Assembly: GCF_963676685.1 (NCBI RefSeq)
Contig: NC_092344.1
Span: 64,790,001 to 64,854,000 of the forward strand
DNA from: Mytilus edulis
Taxonomy: Eukaryota
DNA: 64,000 nucleotides
Reading direction: 5' to 3'
Below, piece by piece: positions 25,755 through 40,100 of this stretch (position 1 is the stretch's first letter; the number at the start of each line of letters is the position of its first letter). The position numbers and the translations under genes are program-made. Below the pieces are notes generated by a model that searched no databases, was not told where the DNA came from, and saw only the letters and a program-made list of their open reading frames with translations.

Positions 25755-27747
25755 TCTGAAGCGCAAAGAGGGGTTTTGTATCATACACTAGATTTTCTTT
25801 TAAATGTCTTAATAATTAAACAAAATTCAAAATGATTATTTTTTTTAAAATTTAATTTAAAATATGTTGATCTGGGTGTATCATGTTAAGGATGGATTAG
25901 GAATAAATCTAAATATTATCGAATAATTAAATTTGGATATGATTGGCCATTCTACAGATAGACTGTAAATCGGTACTAATAAGCACACTTTATGGAGGAC
26001 TTGGTTGTGTAACCATATGAAGCTTAATTCATACAGAACCTTCTTAAAGACATAGAAAATGTCATCTGCTGAGTCCTTTAATTTCATTTTGAGATGTATT
26101 AATGATGTTCTATCACTCAATAACCAAAACTCCTGAAAACAAAATTTGGAAAATTTCTTCTTCTGGTACGCATTTTTTATTTGTCCTCCATATTTTCTTT
26201 TAACGCAAACTTATAATTAAAGTCATGCCGAAGTTAGAGGACGCCTTTGTTTCGCTACTTTTGTTTTTGCAGATTTTTTCTTTGCAGTTTTATTGCTACC
26301 TTAATTAACATTTTAACGATTTATTAGATATTAATGTCGGAACTTAATTGTGCTTACATGTATATCAAATAAATGCAGAATGTTTATATTGTTATACACA
26401 AAAAAGAAATAAATATTTTTCAACATTTAACTGTCGGAAACCACATTTGTGGATTTTTTAAAAATATTTTACTGGAGGAAACCATATCTGTGGAAAAAAA
26501 TCTGACTTGATACTAAGAATCCATGATGAATGTATAGAACCGAAAATTGGCAAAGCTGGTAGAATCTTGAGAATGTCGAATAGCTAAAAAATGAGGGCTG
26601 ATTCTAGTTTTAATTCATAACTGTGTATTGCGGTTGGATAAGTTTTTAACTTGAGAGTCTTTTCTTCAGAACTGTCAAAAATTGCTAATACAAAGCATGT
26701 TTTAAACAGTCATAGACCAGTTCTGTTTTACGACAGAACTGTCAGAATGAAGTATGGTGTCGAATTTGAATGATCAGCTGTAGAGTAAACTGTAAATATC
26801 AGTTGCAGAATTGTTTAGATTAAGGCAACAGTTGTAAACTGATGTTTAAATGTAGTAATAAAAAATTCTTGAGCTGTCAGATTTTGTTCTTAATTATAAC
26901 AACAATTTTAATTCACGCAATTGACGATACACAGAAGGTAAAAGGGCAGGTTTTTAGATTAATTTGTTATTCATTTATCAGAAAGAGTAAAAAAATCAGA
27001 AAATTGTTAACAGCCTTGATCGTATATACGCTATTTTCTCGAATATTGTTTTCCAAAAAAAAGGAAAATGACAAAAAAAAAAGTTTACCTTACATTAAAC
27101 CATATTTTGATATTCATAATGTATAAACTAGAATTTAACTTTTTGTAAATTAAAATATCACTTAATATGTGTTGATTTGCTGTTATGAAAACCTATGGCT
27201 CGCCATCTAGTCTTGTCGAGAAATAGGACTACATACTATGAATTACGTCCCTTTATTTCATTTGCTGGAAGCGTACTAATTTTACTCCAAAATACTTCAG
27301 TCTGGGAGAACATGATTTATTTATTAGTTGTAATTGGGTTTGAAATAACTTTAACTAACTGTGATTAATGTTATATCTGCATTTTATTGCTTTTTCTTTA
27401 TGTTTTTTATCTTTTGTTTTTCTGCTGATTTGTGAGTGAAACCATATTTTACCATTTTCCAAGGTTATGGGATAGATGACAAATATATTAACCCTAAAAT
27501 ATTATGTACGTGTCTGTCCCTTTTTTATATATATAAAATATGTGCACATTCTTATAAAAACGCTAAATAACATATGATTAAAAGTAACAGCGTTCAACAG
27601 GAATAGTTTGTTTTTGTTTATATTAGTATTAACTTAAAATTGATATGATTGATGAAATACAATAACTAAAAAAATATTTGACAGGAAAAAAATGTTTAAA
27701 TCTGTGCTAAAAATCAAACTGCGAGGATCTGTTTTCATGTGCAAATA

Positions 27748-28010
27748 AACTCATCATAGATACCAGGATTGAAAGTTTACATTTACGCCAGACGCGCGAT
27801 TCGTCTTCAAAAGACTGATCCGTGACGCTTGAATAAAAAAATGTTAAAAAGGTCAAATAAAATACGAAGTAGAGCATTGAGGACCGAAACCTTCTAAAAG
27901 TTTTGCCAAATACAGCTAAGGTAATCTATTCCTGAGGTAAAAAAGCCTTAGTACTTAAAAAATATCATCATTTTGTTAATGTTAATTTATAATTATGAAC
28001 ATATCAATGA
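27748..28010 (-). mobile_element. Hammerhead-bearing repeat copy (degenerate core)
   Basis: Minus strand of 27785-27828 reads gcgtca-CGGATCA-gtcttttgaagac-GAAT-cgcgcg-TC-tggcgt; flanks match 18847-19046. Confidence 0.65.
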
Positions 28011-28639
28011 AGTGGAAGCATCAGTTTTTCTATGGTATGATAGTCCAAATCTTTTAAAACACTTTTTTTTCTTGTGAACCGCTTTTGAGAGAAAAAAAAC
28101 CCTGTTTTTGGCTTTAACAAATTTTTATCTTTTTAATGTACATGCAAGGTAAAACATACGACCTAACACTAATCATAATATCTTCTTTGTATAAAAGAAA
28201 GTTAGTATATGAATCTTCTAATGTAAAACGGATGGTTTAAGACGAGATAATTAATTTTCATTAATCCAATTATACTTAAGAATGGAATTTCATCCTGATG
28301 AGACATAGAACATGTAACAGCAGTTATCACATTATTTGTAGTCTGCAAGTATGGATTTTTATTATAAAACTCTAGAATAAACTATATATCTAACAGCTTT
28401 TCATTGTTCGTTCAGAGAAAATGTATTTGTTGCGTGTGAATATTTGATATTGTTTAATACACACGCATATACAGTTTCATTTTAATTGCCATCACATGTT
28501 TTTGTCATAATCATTTCTGATACAGAAGGTGTTATTTCGGTAAGAATAATTATTATGGTTATTCATATATAATTTTTTTTTTATTACATCATAATATATA
28601 ATTATTTGGGGGAACGTTATCTTCGAAACATTTAAACAT

Positions 28640-28945
28640 CAGATATGTTCCTTATGTCATAACTACAATCCCGTTTCCTATTCACGAATGTTACCTACCG
28701 AATAAGACCATTTACCCGGTTTGTAATAACCATAGTTACACGACGGGTGTCACATGTGGAGCAAGATTTGCTTATCCGTCCAGAGCACATAAGACCACCC
28801 CAGATTTTGGTGTGGTTCGTGTTGTTTATAGTCTTTAATTTTCTATGTTGTGTCTTGTGTACTATTATTTGTCTTTTGTATTTTTTTAGCCATGTTTTTT
28901 CATCTATGAGTTTAGCTGTTCCTCTGGTATCTTTCACCCCTCTTT
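28640..28945 (+). repeat. Penelope-like 3' tail copy
   Basis: Reverse complement of 19090-19420. Confidence 0.7.
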
Positions 28946-29224
28946 TAAACCTATGTCATGCAATAAGGTACAAAATACATGCAATATGACAAATAAGACA
29001 CTAATCATCTTCTAATTTAAACCAAGCCGTGTCACAGAGAGATTCATGTCTATTTTCAATTACATCGAAGTCATGTGAAAGACATTATAAATATAGTTTA
29101 AGTAATAGTAAAAGCTCAATGATAAGTTAATATTGATATTGAAATAGTCATACAGGTATTATTTGTTAAATAAAAAAGTATTTGAGAGTTGCTACTCCAG
29201 AGATGTGGCAAACCCCATTTATTT

Positions 29225-29263
<39 letters not shown>

Positions 29264-29681
29264 TATGAGTATTATATGAGAACAAACACTTTTATTTTAG
29301 TCGTCCGTCATTCCCTTTTCACGGCTATAGATGAAGCATAAACACGTTGAAAAAAAACATTTTATCTTTCTTAGTTTAATAATCGCCTGACATAATCATA
29401 TATTATAAATAATAACAACGGTAGATATTAATTTAAAGAACCATGCTTAAGAAGTATTTAAAAGAAATATAATTGTTCAGTCTTGTGGTAAATTGCACAA
29501 AATAACAAAAAAAAGTTTGAACTATTATTCAGTGATTTAAATAGATATTACAGCATTTAACAAGATCGTGTACTTTTAACATGGAATCATTTTTGAAGTT
29601 GATTCACTGTTGTTTGCATCACGTCCAGTGGCAAATATTTCATTCATGTTCATGACGAGAAAACATTAATTTTAAATACAA

Positions 29682-30335
29682 CAAGTACACACCCGTGATA
29701 TCGCGGGTCCGTGACTGAATTAAAGTATATAACTATGCCTAAGCCTTATTTTAGTAATTGGTTTTGTCATCTGATAAGTCATGTCGATTATAAGATACAC
29801 AGTTTTCTCTGCTTTCAAATCTTTCTGTTTGAACCCGTCAACCTGGAACTTATCAGTTATTGGAAATAATAATTATTTGGAAAACAAAAGGTCCTGGCTA
29901 TTCAGGAATGGAGTATTTTTTAATCAACAGCATTGTCCTATATTAGTTATCTTAGAAAGTCTTGCTGATTGCTGAATAAAACTACAATAGGGAAAAATTT
30001 GACAATGATTGAATTTAGTAGTGTCAGTCCTTTGATTATGACCCGTGTATATAGCAAAATCCTAAATACACCGTTTGGTGGTGCGCCTGTCAAATGCGGA
30101 ATGTACAGATAAGGTAACAGCTGAATATACTATTTGTATCGGTATCGGATTCGACCCGGAACTTGTTAATTATTGGCAATATTAATTATGCTGAAAACAA
30201 AAGGGTCTGGAGTGGTGTAATTTTTAATCTACACCATTGTCCTATATTAGTTATATATAGAGTTGAATTCTTTGATTTGTCGTTTTTACCCGATGACGGC
30301 TGACAAATTGGACCTCGTAATTTTAGTATTATAGA
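29682..30335 (-). mobile_element. Non-autonomous Helitron
   Basis: On the minus strand it begins TCtataatactaaaa (30335), ends with hairpin cccgcgatatcacggg followed by ...gtaCTTG (CTRR-like), and sits between A and T with no TSD; it has an internal partial duplication (29845-29950 versus 30157-30255). Confidence 0.75.
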
Positions 30336-33300
30336 TAGGTAGGACTTGCAGTAGTCGGTCGACATTAAGGTTAGACGTAAACTTGTAATACCAATGGAAA
30401 ATGAGGGTAGATTTAAAAGGATCGACATTTAGCCTTGAAACAGCTCGCCACAGTGGGACCCCTAAAAAAATTAAAGCAAGAGTTTTTACTTTGCAGAGAG
30501 CAATGATCCTCTAAATCTACCCTGATGTGGGCCATCATTATTTACGTGTAGTTTCCGATATCATTTCACGCATCTAATTTAAGTTAAATACTTTTAGCTC
30601 GCATTAGTAACCATGAGAATTCTGTGAAACTGTATTGTTAATTATGCTGGAGGTTTTGGTGTGATATTCTTTGCGACTGCTCTCCTGGTTGGTCTCGTGA
30701 GAGTATGTTCGCATCGAGAGCGGGAGGACTTTGGTCCGAATCCCTACCGGGTCAAACGGCGGGTGACTTGTTTCCCTCCGAACTGATAGTTTGTGAACTT
30801 ACACGTTAAAAATTCCGTCTCAGTATGTCGGTCTAGTGCAAAGCAGGGTTAATTTTCATATTATATTTCCATTCCATGCTTTTGTCCTGAAAATTCATTC
30901 AATTTGTCACTGGACGTCATCCATAATCATTATTTATTTTACCGTTACTATGCAGTGAAGTGTTTTTCTTCTACGGATTTATATTTCACCTTCTATAATT
31001 TCCACCGATCGAAATTAAAAAGGGGCATGGAAAACTTTTCAACCAAACATTTTTCTTAATACTCAACTCCGTATTATTTAGTCATGTTGCGGTTTTGGGC
31101 TTTTTTGTTCTGTATAGCATGTATATTCTTCTTGCTATTACAAAAATCTGTATGTTGACTCTTAATGTTTTGATTTATGCGTGTCGTTGGGTTGCTGTCG
31201 TATTGATGTATACCTTTATATGCGTTTTCAAAACCAAAGGATTGATTGGGTATAGAAATATTGACATCTCTGGATTTCTCCCTTCCGACAGTATATCTTT
31301 GCTAAAATTGGGTGCGGCCGTTTAGCTGTTCGGATGTATAAAATATGCAGCCTCGTTTGGTCGAAATAAAAATGTCGTATATTCGATGCCTGGTGTAATG
31401 AGAGTTTCACGCTATCTACCTGAATAAATCGTTGAGCGGGAAATACGATCTACGATTGAAATTTCTAAAAAAAAAACCCAACAAAGGTCACCTGGATCAT
31501 AAAAAAAGTCGCATGGGTGATGTTAAAACATCTTTTGCGCCTTTTACAAGGTCAATTATACATAAAAAAAATAAAAAAAATTTAGATAACAAAACCGATC
31601 AATAAGACAATACCTAAAGAATAAACGAAACGGCCAAAATAAGTTGAATCTTATTATAAATTGTTGCCAATTGCAACCTTTTTTTTTTTATCTGATTTTG
31701 CTTTTATGACAACTATACCAGATATATATATATAAAAAAATTGACACAGCAAATTTTGCCACCTATACGACACTGCCGTTGCTTTACGTTTCAATATATG
31801 AGTTATTGTATGTACTCAAAGGAGATATTTTTCTGTTCTGATCCCCTCCTCCTTGTTTGGCTGGATACAAAGTAACTCCTGATGTGGACTACGCCGGTTA
31901 CTAAATGTTAACAACAAAATAAATTCAAAGAGAAAACAGTGGAAAGAAATTCTAAAATTTACGCTTAAAAATCAAATAGAAGTAAAAATTAAATACACAA
32001 AAAATGGAAAACCGTTTTTAGACAATTATCAACTGAGAACTAATGATTATTCATCACTAAATGAAGCTGATATATTAATTGCTCCCGTAATGTCCAGTGG
32101 CAAATATATCACGCATATTCACGACAAGGTGCAAAGTGAATCGACCTGAAGCAAATGATTGACACATAACTAATATATAGAGTTTGCTAGAGGTAAAACG
32201 TATGCTGTACTAGAATAAAGTTGAAACATGATCAAAATCGTAAGTTAAGCTATTAGCCCCACTTTTTTTCTCCACGGAAGACGCACGCCAAAAAGAAAAC
32301 GACATGAATTTACGATCAATAAAGCCCACTTAAATTTAATGAAATATGGACAAACTTTGTAAATAAATTCCTATTGCAGCCAGCATTTCCCTGTTTTGGA
32401 CAGGTTTGTGTTTCCACTCAAATACCGTCTGATTATTGACCGAGGATATTTTAAAATCAACCAAAAGCACTTTGATGGTATTTTATTTTCCATTCCCATT
32501 ATGGACCCCTTGCATTTAAGAGGGCGTGTCTAATTAGTCATGCACGATTAACTTTTAGTAAATTGAACCTGCAACTTAAAGACCTACACCGGGTTAATAA
32601 GTTCGAGGTACAATAAGTAAACAAAAGAAAGCCTATTTGAAATGGGATCGTCCCAAGTATCTTAAATAATTATTTTGCGTTGAATAACAATGAAAAATTT
32701 AATTGTTTGAAAACTAATTTACTTTCAAAATATTACTTTTATTCAAGCCACTTCATATTTTCCCTCATGTACCGTTGACATATTTACGGCAATGATATCA
32801 CTTCTTTTACCGTCTCTGGCTAGGCATTTAAAAAAATATGAACTCCTCAAAAGATTTGAGTCTTTTGATATGTGAGACCATCTTGCCTTTTAGTGGGGTT
32901 TTTGTTGCTCAGTCTCAAGTGTTCTATGTTATATTTTGTTATATTTTTTTTTTATTTGTCTTCTGATCGTTTTTCTTGTCATGACATGGCATTGTCTTGT
33001 GTACTGTTATTTGTCTGTTTGACTTTTCTTTTTTTTAGCCATGTCGTTGTCATTTCTTTTTTCGATCTATGAGTTTGAATGGCCATCAGGTATTATTTTC
33101 CCTTCATTTAGTGACGCTTGAATTAAAAACCGGACAATTAAGCACGAAGTAGAAAAACGGTACAGGAAAAATAACTTGATGAAGTTTGCTGATTACGAGT
33201 AGGAACATCTATTCCTGGAGGTAGAATAACTAATGAATTCAAAATAGTTTTAACTCCGTGTGATATTATCTGAACATATTCTAAACAGTCTGTTTCCAAT

Positions 33301-34059
33301 TTTTGTTGTAAAGACAACATCGAGACTAAAAAACAAAACAAGGGCTCTATAAAAATCGGAAAATTCTCATACCTATTGTTGGTCCATGATTCAAGAATTC
33401 AATCACACTTGTCATTTTGTTTTATTTATGTTAAAAATGACACAAATAAACCAAGCCATATAATAAAAAAGCTAAATACATGTTACCTTTTTGTTTTAGC
33501 CTAATTTATAATATTTAATGTAATGCATTTTTTTAAATTTTTGAACCATATGACAAATTATACGTAATTTAAAAAAATGATTTAAAAGTATTGAACAATT
33601 ATTTCAAATATTTGTTTCAAATGGAGAGGTAGAACTGTTTTCCTGGATTATTTATAAAAAAAAATACATATATACAACGTAGAGTTTAAAAATCTTGAAC
33701 GAGAATGTTATTGAAATTTCTTTTTTTATTTAAGCGAAAAAAAAACCCCACAAAACAAATGTTACTCCCAAGAAATAATCATGCCTAGGCAATGATGAAA
33801 GGTCGCATACACTCGTATACAGTAATGATAGTTCCTTCATAATTAGCAGATACAAAAACTCATGAAAGACACTTAGTCACTTTGCGTTGAGGCCTTAACT
33901 AATTCGAGTGTGTCTATTTTTGGTGTTGGATTGTGATGGATTTTGTCGGATTATGTAATGTATCCGGTTGTTTTCTGTAATTGGTTAATACATCAGTTTT
34001 ATCATGTATATATTTTATATCGTCATTTTATAAAATTTAGTGTATGCAAAAGTTTAAAT

Positions 34060-34270
34060 TATTCTAAATAATATGGATGTTCTGGTACCTAACAGAAACC
34101 CTGGCCGTTTTTGGCACAACTTTTTTGAACTTTTGGTCCTCGATGCTGTTCAACTTTGTACTTGTTTTGACTTTCAATCTTTTATATCTGGGCGTCACTA
34201 GTAAGTCTTGTGTGGACAAAACGCACTTCTGGCGTATTAAATTTTAAACCTGGTACCTTTTGTTAGCTAT
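34060..34270 (+). mobile_element. Hammerhead-bearing repeat copy (heavily degenerate)
   Basis: ggcgtca-ctagtaa-gtcttgtgtggac-aaaa-cgcact-tc-tggcgta...cctggtacctttt; same layout as 18847-19046. Confidence 0.6.
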
Positions 34271-34379
34271 TATTCGTGTGTTTCTTTGTCAAATATGTTC
34301 TCCTATTTACTAGTATTTGTATTGTAGTCCCGTACTGTTGTGTTGTCATTTTGATGTTATATTTAACATGGCCACGAAA

Positions 34380-34797
34380 GAAGGAGGTTTGGCATGCCAC
34401 AAAACACATTTGTTTTCTTTAAAAAATTTCCTGTACCAAGTTAGGAATATTGTCATTGTTATATTATAGTTCGTTTCTGTGTGTGTTGCATTTTAACGTT
34501 GTGTTTCTTTTGTGTCATTTGTTTTCTCTTTGAGTGTGAATTCACATTATTATAAGACGTGTCACGATACTTTTCGATCCAAAAGTCATGTATTTAGTTT
34601 TGAAGTTATATTTGTTATTCTCATCGGATTTTTTCTTATGCTTAGCTCGTTTCTGTGTGCGTTACATTTTAACGTTGTGTCGTCATTCTCCTCTTATATT
34701 TTATGCGTTTCCCTCGGTTTTGGTTTGTGACCCGGATTTGATTTTTCTATCGATTTATGAGTTTTGAACATCGGTATACTACTGTTGCCTTTATTTA
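34380..34797 (+). mobile_element. SINE-like interspersed repeat (ggcatgccacaaaacc...cctgtaccaagtcaggaatat family)
   Basis: Near-full second copy at 52368-52803; fragments at 40005-40098, 46268-46400 and 37385-37580, and inverted at 36765-37010, 51850-51985 and 61898-62690. Confidence 0.7.
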
Positions 34798-34934
34798 GTC
34801 TAGCCTGATAATTTGATACAATAAAATACTTTAATTTAAAATAATAAATGTAACATAAATTCATCCACAGTTTAAGAGTTCTTTTTTTTTTCATTTTAAT
34901 AAAACAATCATTTTGATGCTGGGAGTTGGTATTC

Positions 34935-36231
34935 TTTTTTAGCTCATCTGGCCCGAAGGGCCAAGTGAGCTTTTCCCATCATTTTGCGTCCGGCGTCCGT
35001 CGTCGTCGTCGTCCGTCGTCCGTCGTCGTTAACTTTTACAAAAATCTTCTCCTCTGAAACTACTGGGCCAAATTTAACCAAACTTGACTATAATCATCAT
35101 TGGGGTATCTAGTTTAAAAAATGTGTGGCGTGACCCGGCCAACCAACCAAGATGGCCGCCACGGCTAAAAATAGAACATAGGGGTAAAATGCAGTTTTTG
35201 GCTTATAACTCTGAAACCAAAGCATTTAGAGCAAATCTGACAGGGTTAAATTGTTTATCAGGTCAAGATCTATCTGCCCTCGAATTTTCAGATGAATCCG
35301 ACAACCCGTTGTTGAGGTTGCTGCCCCTGAATTGGTAATTTTAGGGAATTTTTACTGTTTTTGGTTATTATCTTGAATATTATTATAGATAGAGATAAAC
35401 TGTAAACAGCAATAATGTTCAGCAAAGTTAGATCTACAAATAAGTTTACTTGACCGAAATGGTCAGTTGACCCCTTTAGGAGTTATTGCCTTTTATAGTC
35501 AATTTTTAACCATTTTTCGTAAATCTTAGTAATCTTTTACAAAAATCTTCTCCTCTGAAACTACTTGGCCAAATTAATCCAAACTTGGCCACAATCATCT
35601 TTGGGGTATCGAGTTTAAAAAATGTGTGGCGTGACCTGGCCAACCAACCAAGATGGCCGCCATGGCTAAAAATAGAACATAGGGGTAAAATGCAGTTTTT
35701 GGCTTATAACTCAAAAACCAAAGCATTTAGAGCAAATCTGATATGGGTTTATCAGGTCAAAATCTATCTGCCCTGAAATTTTCAGATGAATCGGACAACC
35801 TGTTGTTGGGTTGCTGCCCCTAAATTGGTAATTTTAAGGAAATTTTACTGTTTTGGGTTATTATCTTGAATATTATTATAGATAGAGATAAACTTTAAAC
35901 AGCAATAATGTACAGCAAAGTAAGATTTACAAATAAGTCAACAGGACTGAAATGGTCAATTGACCCCCTAAGGAGTTATTGTCCTTTATAGTCAATTTTT
36001 AACAATTTTTATTAAATTTTTAAATTTTTACTAACATTTTCCACTGAAACTACTGGCCCAAGTTCATTATAGATGGAGATAACTGTAAGCAGCAAGAATG
36101 TTCAGTAAAGTAAGACGTACAAACACATCATGATCAACAAAACACGATTTTGTCATGAATCCATTTGCTTCCTTTGTTTAATATTCACACAGACCAAGGT
36201 GAGCGACACAGGCTCTTTAGAGCCTCTAGTT
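34935..36231 (+). mobile_element. Helentron-associated non-autonomous element (HINE/DINE-1/pearl-like)
   Basis: T-run, subterminal IR gctcatctgg with hairpin ggcccgaagggcc, (cgt/ccgt)n microsatellite, two ~500-bp tandem cores (~35030-35530 and ~35531-36040) plus a partial third, 3' subTIR ccaaggtgagc and terminal stem-loop aggctctttagagcct, ending ctagtt. Confidence 0.88.
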
Positions 36232-37175
36232 TCTTCAACTATTCACAAAATTATCGGTACGAGATAATTGTAACCATGTTTAAATAACACTTTCTTTAGA
36301 AATTTGAGAAACATAGCAAATCATGTGTTTATTTACTTCAAAAAGTAATAATTTCGAAAGAGACATATTAACACATTTAAAGGTCTTCGCAAAATAAAAA
36401 TAAAAAATGGGTGTCTCAGAAATAACACTTATTAAAGTTGTCAATGGTTGTGACAAAGTTGGATCTACACATAAGGATTTTTATTAACACACAGGACCAA
36501 TCATCTAGTGCTAAACTAATTTTGAATAGCAAAGAAACATCCTTTGTTCTATATTACAATGTAGATAATGAAAATTATAAAAAAAAAATCCATATCAACT
36601 AGTCATTGCAAATTCTGAACCATTAAGATGCAAACTGATATAAAGAAGAACCTGTGTATCTAAAGTTTAACATCTAATATAAAAGACACCAAATCGTTAT
36701 CTTATATATGTACAAATCTTGGAAAATACATTTGTAAATAACTTAACTTTATCAAAACAGAACCAAGTAAAATCACAAAAATACTGAACTGAAAATAAAA
36801 AAAAAGGAAAGTCCCTAATCCAATGGCAAAATCCAAAGCTCAAACACATGAAACGAATCTATAATAACTGTCATATTCCTGATTTGGTACAAACATTTTC
36901 GTATGTAGGTAATGATTGATTTAGCCTGGTTTTAAACTAGCTTAACCTCGCACTTACATGACAGTCGCATCAAATTCCATTATATTGACAATGATGTGTG
37001 AACAAAACAAAATGTAAGAAATTTTTATATTTTTATTAAAAAATAGTAAAAGGGACTTTCATAGTAAGTTAATTATTCAGGCTAAGTATGATTTATTTGC
37101 AGATACTAAACAGGATGGATTATATTTATCTAAAAACTGTAACATGACAATTATAATTTATTTTCAGATATTTAA

Positions 37176-40100
37176 ATGATTTTCATTTTGTTAGTATTGA
37201 TAGCAGCTACACATTTTGCTACAGGTTAGTTTAGAAAAAAATATTATTCCGATATTAAATTTATATATTTACACAAAAAGTATTGTTTAGAAATAACGAC
37301 CTTTTAATGCATAAATAGGTCATAATGAACTATAACATTTCTGTAATAATTTTAGAAAAATAATCATGGCATTCTATTCAACTGTCATACAAGTAAGAGG
37401 TTTAAAAGAGAGCTATAAAACCAGGTTTAATCAGTCATTTTCTATAAAAGGAAGTGCCAATACTAAGAGAGGAATATGACAGTTGTTTTCTATTTGTTTG
37501 ATGCGTTGACCTTTTGATTTAATCATTTGATAAGAGACATTATGTTTTGAATTTTCCTTGGAGTTTGTAATTTTTGTAATTTTGTTATCAACACCTTTTG
37601 GAATAAAAAAAAGTATTTACTTCTGTGGTTTTTGTTTTTGTTTTTGTGTTAGTGTTTTTTTCTCATAATTATTGTTTGAATTCAGGCAATTGCAAACTGA
37701 TTTATTTTTATTATAGCTTGTATCCATTTCATTTGAATTTTTGTCTCCTTAAAATTATATATATTTTTACGAGAAGTATGTAGCTTTAAGAGAGCGTGGT
37801 ACTTTTGATTTAAAGTCCCTATTTCGACCGGATATTACAGAAGATTCTTTTAGTCCGCACAGCCAAATAGAAACTAGAATGTAGAAGGGGTTTTACTGCC
37901 TGAAAATATGCCAATACTCTTTTGATAATGTCATTAAAGGTAAAATAACAAAAATGCTGAACTGTAAGGACAATTCAAAGCAAAAAGACCCTTATTATTC
38001 ATAATTGATCTGGTTATGTATAAACCTTTTTATAAAAGTAATACGTATATATCTTTCGATTGAGATAACCGATATAAAAGAAAATACACACTAATAATAT
38101 GTAATATTTTCAAAATATGCTTCCATTCATATTTTTTTAGGATGGAATCGTTATTACCATCGAAATTATTATTACAACAACTATGGTACAACTGAAATGT
38201 CAACAGGACCTACAACAGAAGATACTAGTAATAGTTCGGTTACTATGAATCCCTTTACGAACGGTACATTTACTACTGAAATGACAACAGGACATACAAC
38301 AGAAGATATAAGTGCTAGTACAGTTACTATGAATCCCTCTTCTATTGGTACTAGTAATTCGAATTATATGACAACAGGACATACAACAGAAGATATAAGT
38401 GCTAGTACAGTTACTATGAATCCCTCTTCTTTTGGTACTAGTAATTCGAATTATAAAATACCAGTAACTATTCGACCAAGAAAAATTGGTTAGTATTATG
38501 TGTATGTTAACAACTATTTCTTATCTTTTTCTTTTCAATTTACTAATTAAAGATGGTAAGGATTACAGGGAACAATTATAAATTTGCAAAATTATCAACA
38601 ACATGTAAACTAGTTCATGAGTGTGTGGAAGAAACAATTTCTTCATGTCAAAATCACGACGAGTCATGTGGTTAAAGAACCCAATGTATGTAAACAAACT
38701 CTGAATATAAAAAAAAAATAAATAAAAAAAATAAATCTTACGAATCATTTGGATATAATGAAACTGCAGTTTGAAACTAAACGACAGAAATTTTAGATAA
38801 AAGATGAGGAGACAATTCCCATAGGACTGGTGTAATACCACCATTTATTTGCTCATATAAGTCTTTGTTAATTTTGCAATTTTCCTAAACATGTGCTTAA
38901 TGTATCTTTGTTTCAAATCAAGAAATACTAGTTAAGGGTAGAGTTTTATCCCATCCAGTACTACGGAAAAAATGTCACATAACATTTCATTTCATTAAAA
39001 ATAACAACCATCACTGGAAGTTATACAATCAAATTTTCACTCCTTGTATAACTGTGTACAAGCTTTAGTAATTATGTAACCTCAAGATTCCAAAATATTC
39101 TATAGAAACAACAATTAAAAAAAAAGAACAGTGCTGTGAAACAACAATATTATATGTTTATGACTTAGAAAATATTTTCTGCAATGAAATGTAGTATTAA
39201 TTTCATACAACAATCAAATTCAAGAGAATATTTTTTTTCGACCTTTGGTCGTATGCAACCAGATATGACGTTCTATGAAATGGTTGTATTACACATTCAT
39301 GTGCTTTACACCGAAGCCGTTTTCCTGCTACTAAACCATATAGGGGAATTCCTAGCACATTCCCTTAAAAAGTATATTTGAGTTTTTTACTCTTATATTG
39401 AACTAATAGGAAACAAAATTATTAATGCAAAACATGGTTTGTTTTTTTTTAAATTAAAAAAAATTCGTTGTCTTTATTTAGAAGAAGGATGTTACACAGA
39501 AATGACATTCCACATAATTTGTGTAACTCAAAATTATTTTTCCCGATGAATTGCCAATTGAGTGGTTCTCGTAGTGTTATTAATTAAAACATGTCATGTC
39601 ACATCTAAATTTTTTGATTGTCTATATTTCAAAAACCTTTAGGATGTGGGAAGAAGGGAGACATAATATTTGTACTAGATTCATCTGGCAGTGTAGGAAC
39701 ATCTAACTGGAAAGTTATGCTGAAGTTTGTGCAAGATGTCATCAATATTTTTACTATCGGTAAAAATGATGTTCAGGTTGGGGTTGATATCTATGCTAAT
39801 TCTGCTTCTACACGCATAAGGCTGAACTCTTACCAATCAAAGACACAGTTAATGGATGCTGTGAAACGTATTTCCTATACTAATGGTGGAACAGCTACAA
39901 ACCGGGCGATACATCATTTGATAAGCAGTAGTTTTTCGTCGTCACATGGTAATTAATTTATAAATGATTAGAGCTCAGAAACTTCATTTATTGTTTTATA
40001 TTTGATACGTTTCCCTCAGTTTTAGTTTGTAACCCGGATTTGTTTTCCTCTATCAATTTATGAATTTTGAACAGCGGTATTCTTCTGTTGCCTTTATTTG

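Noticed and set aside
28295-28325. ctgatga motif as another hammerhead (also at ~2855)
   Set aside because: No stem II followed by GAAA and no stem I or III pairing.
35084-35776. Duplicated 84-aa and 63-aa ORFs
   Set aside because: They lie in the tandem cores of a non-autonomous Helentron-like element, have non-ATG starts, and the frame is not conserved between copies.
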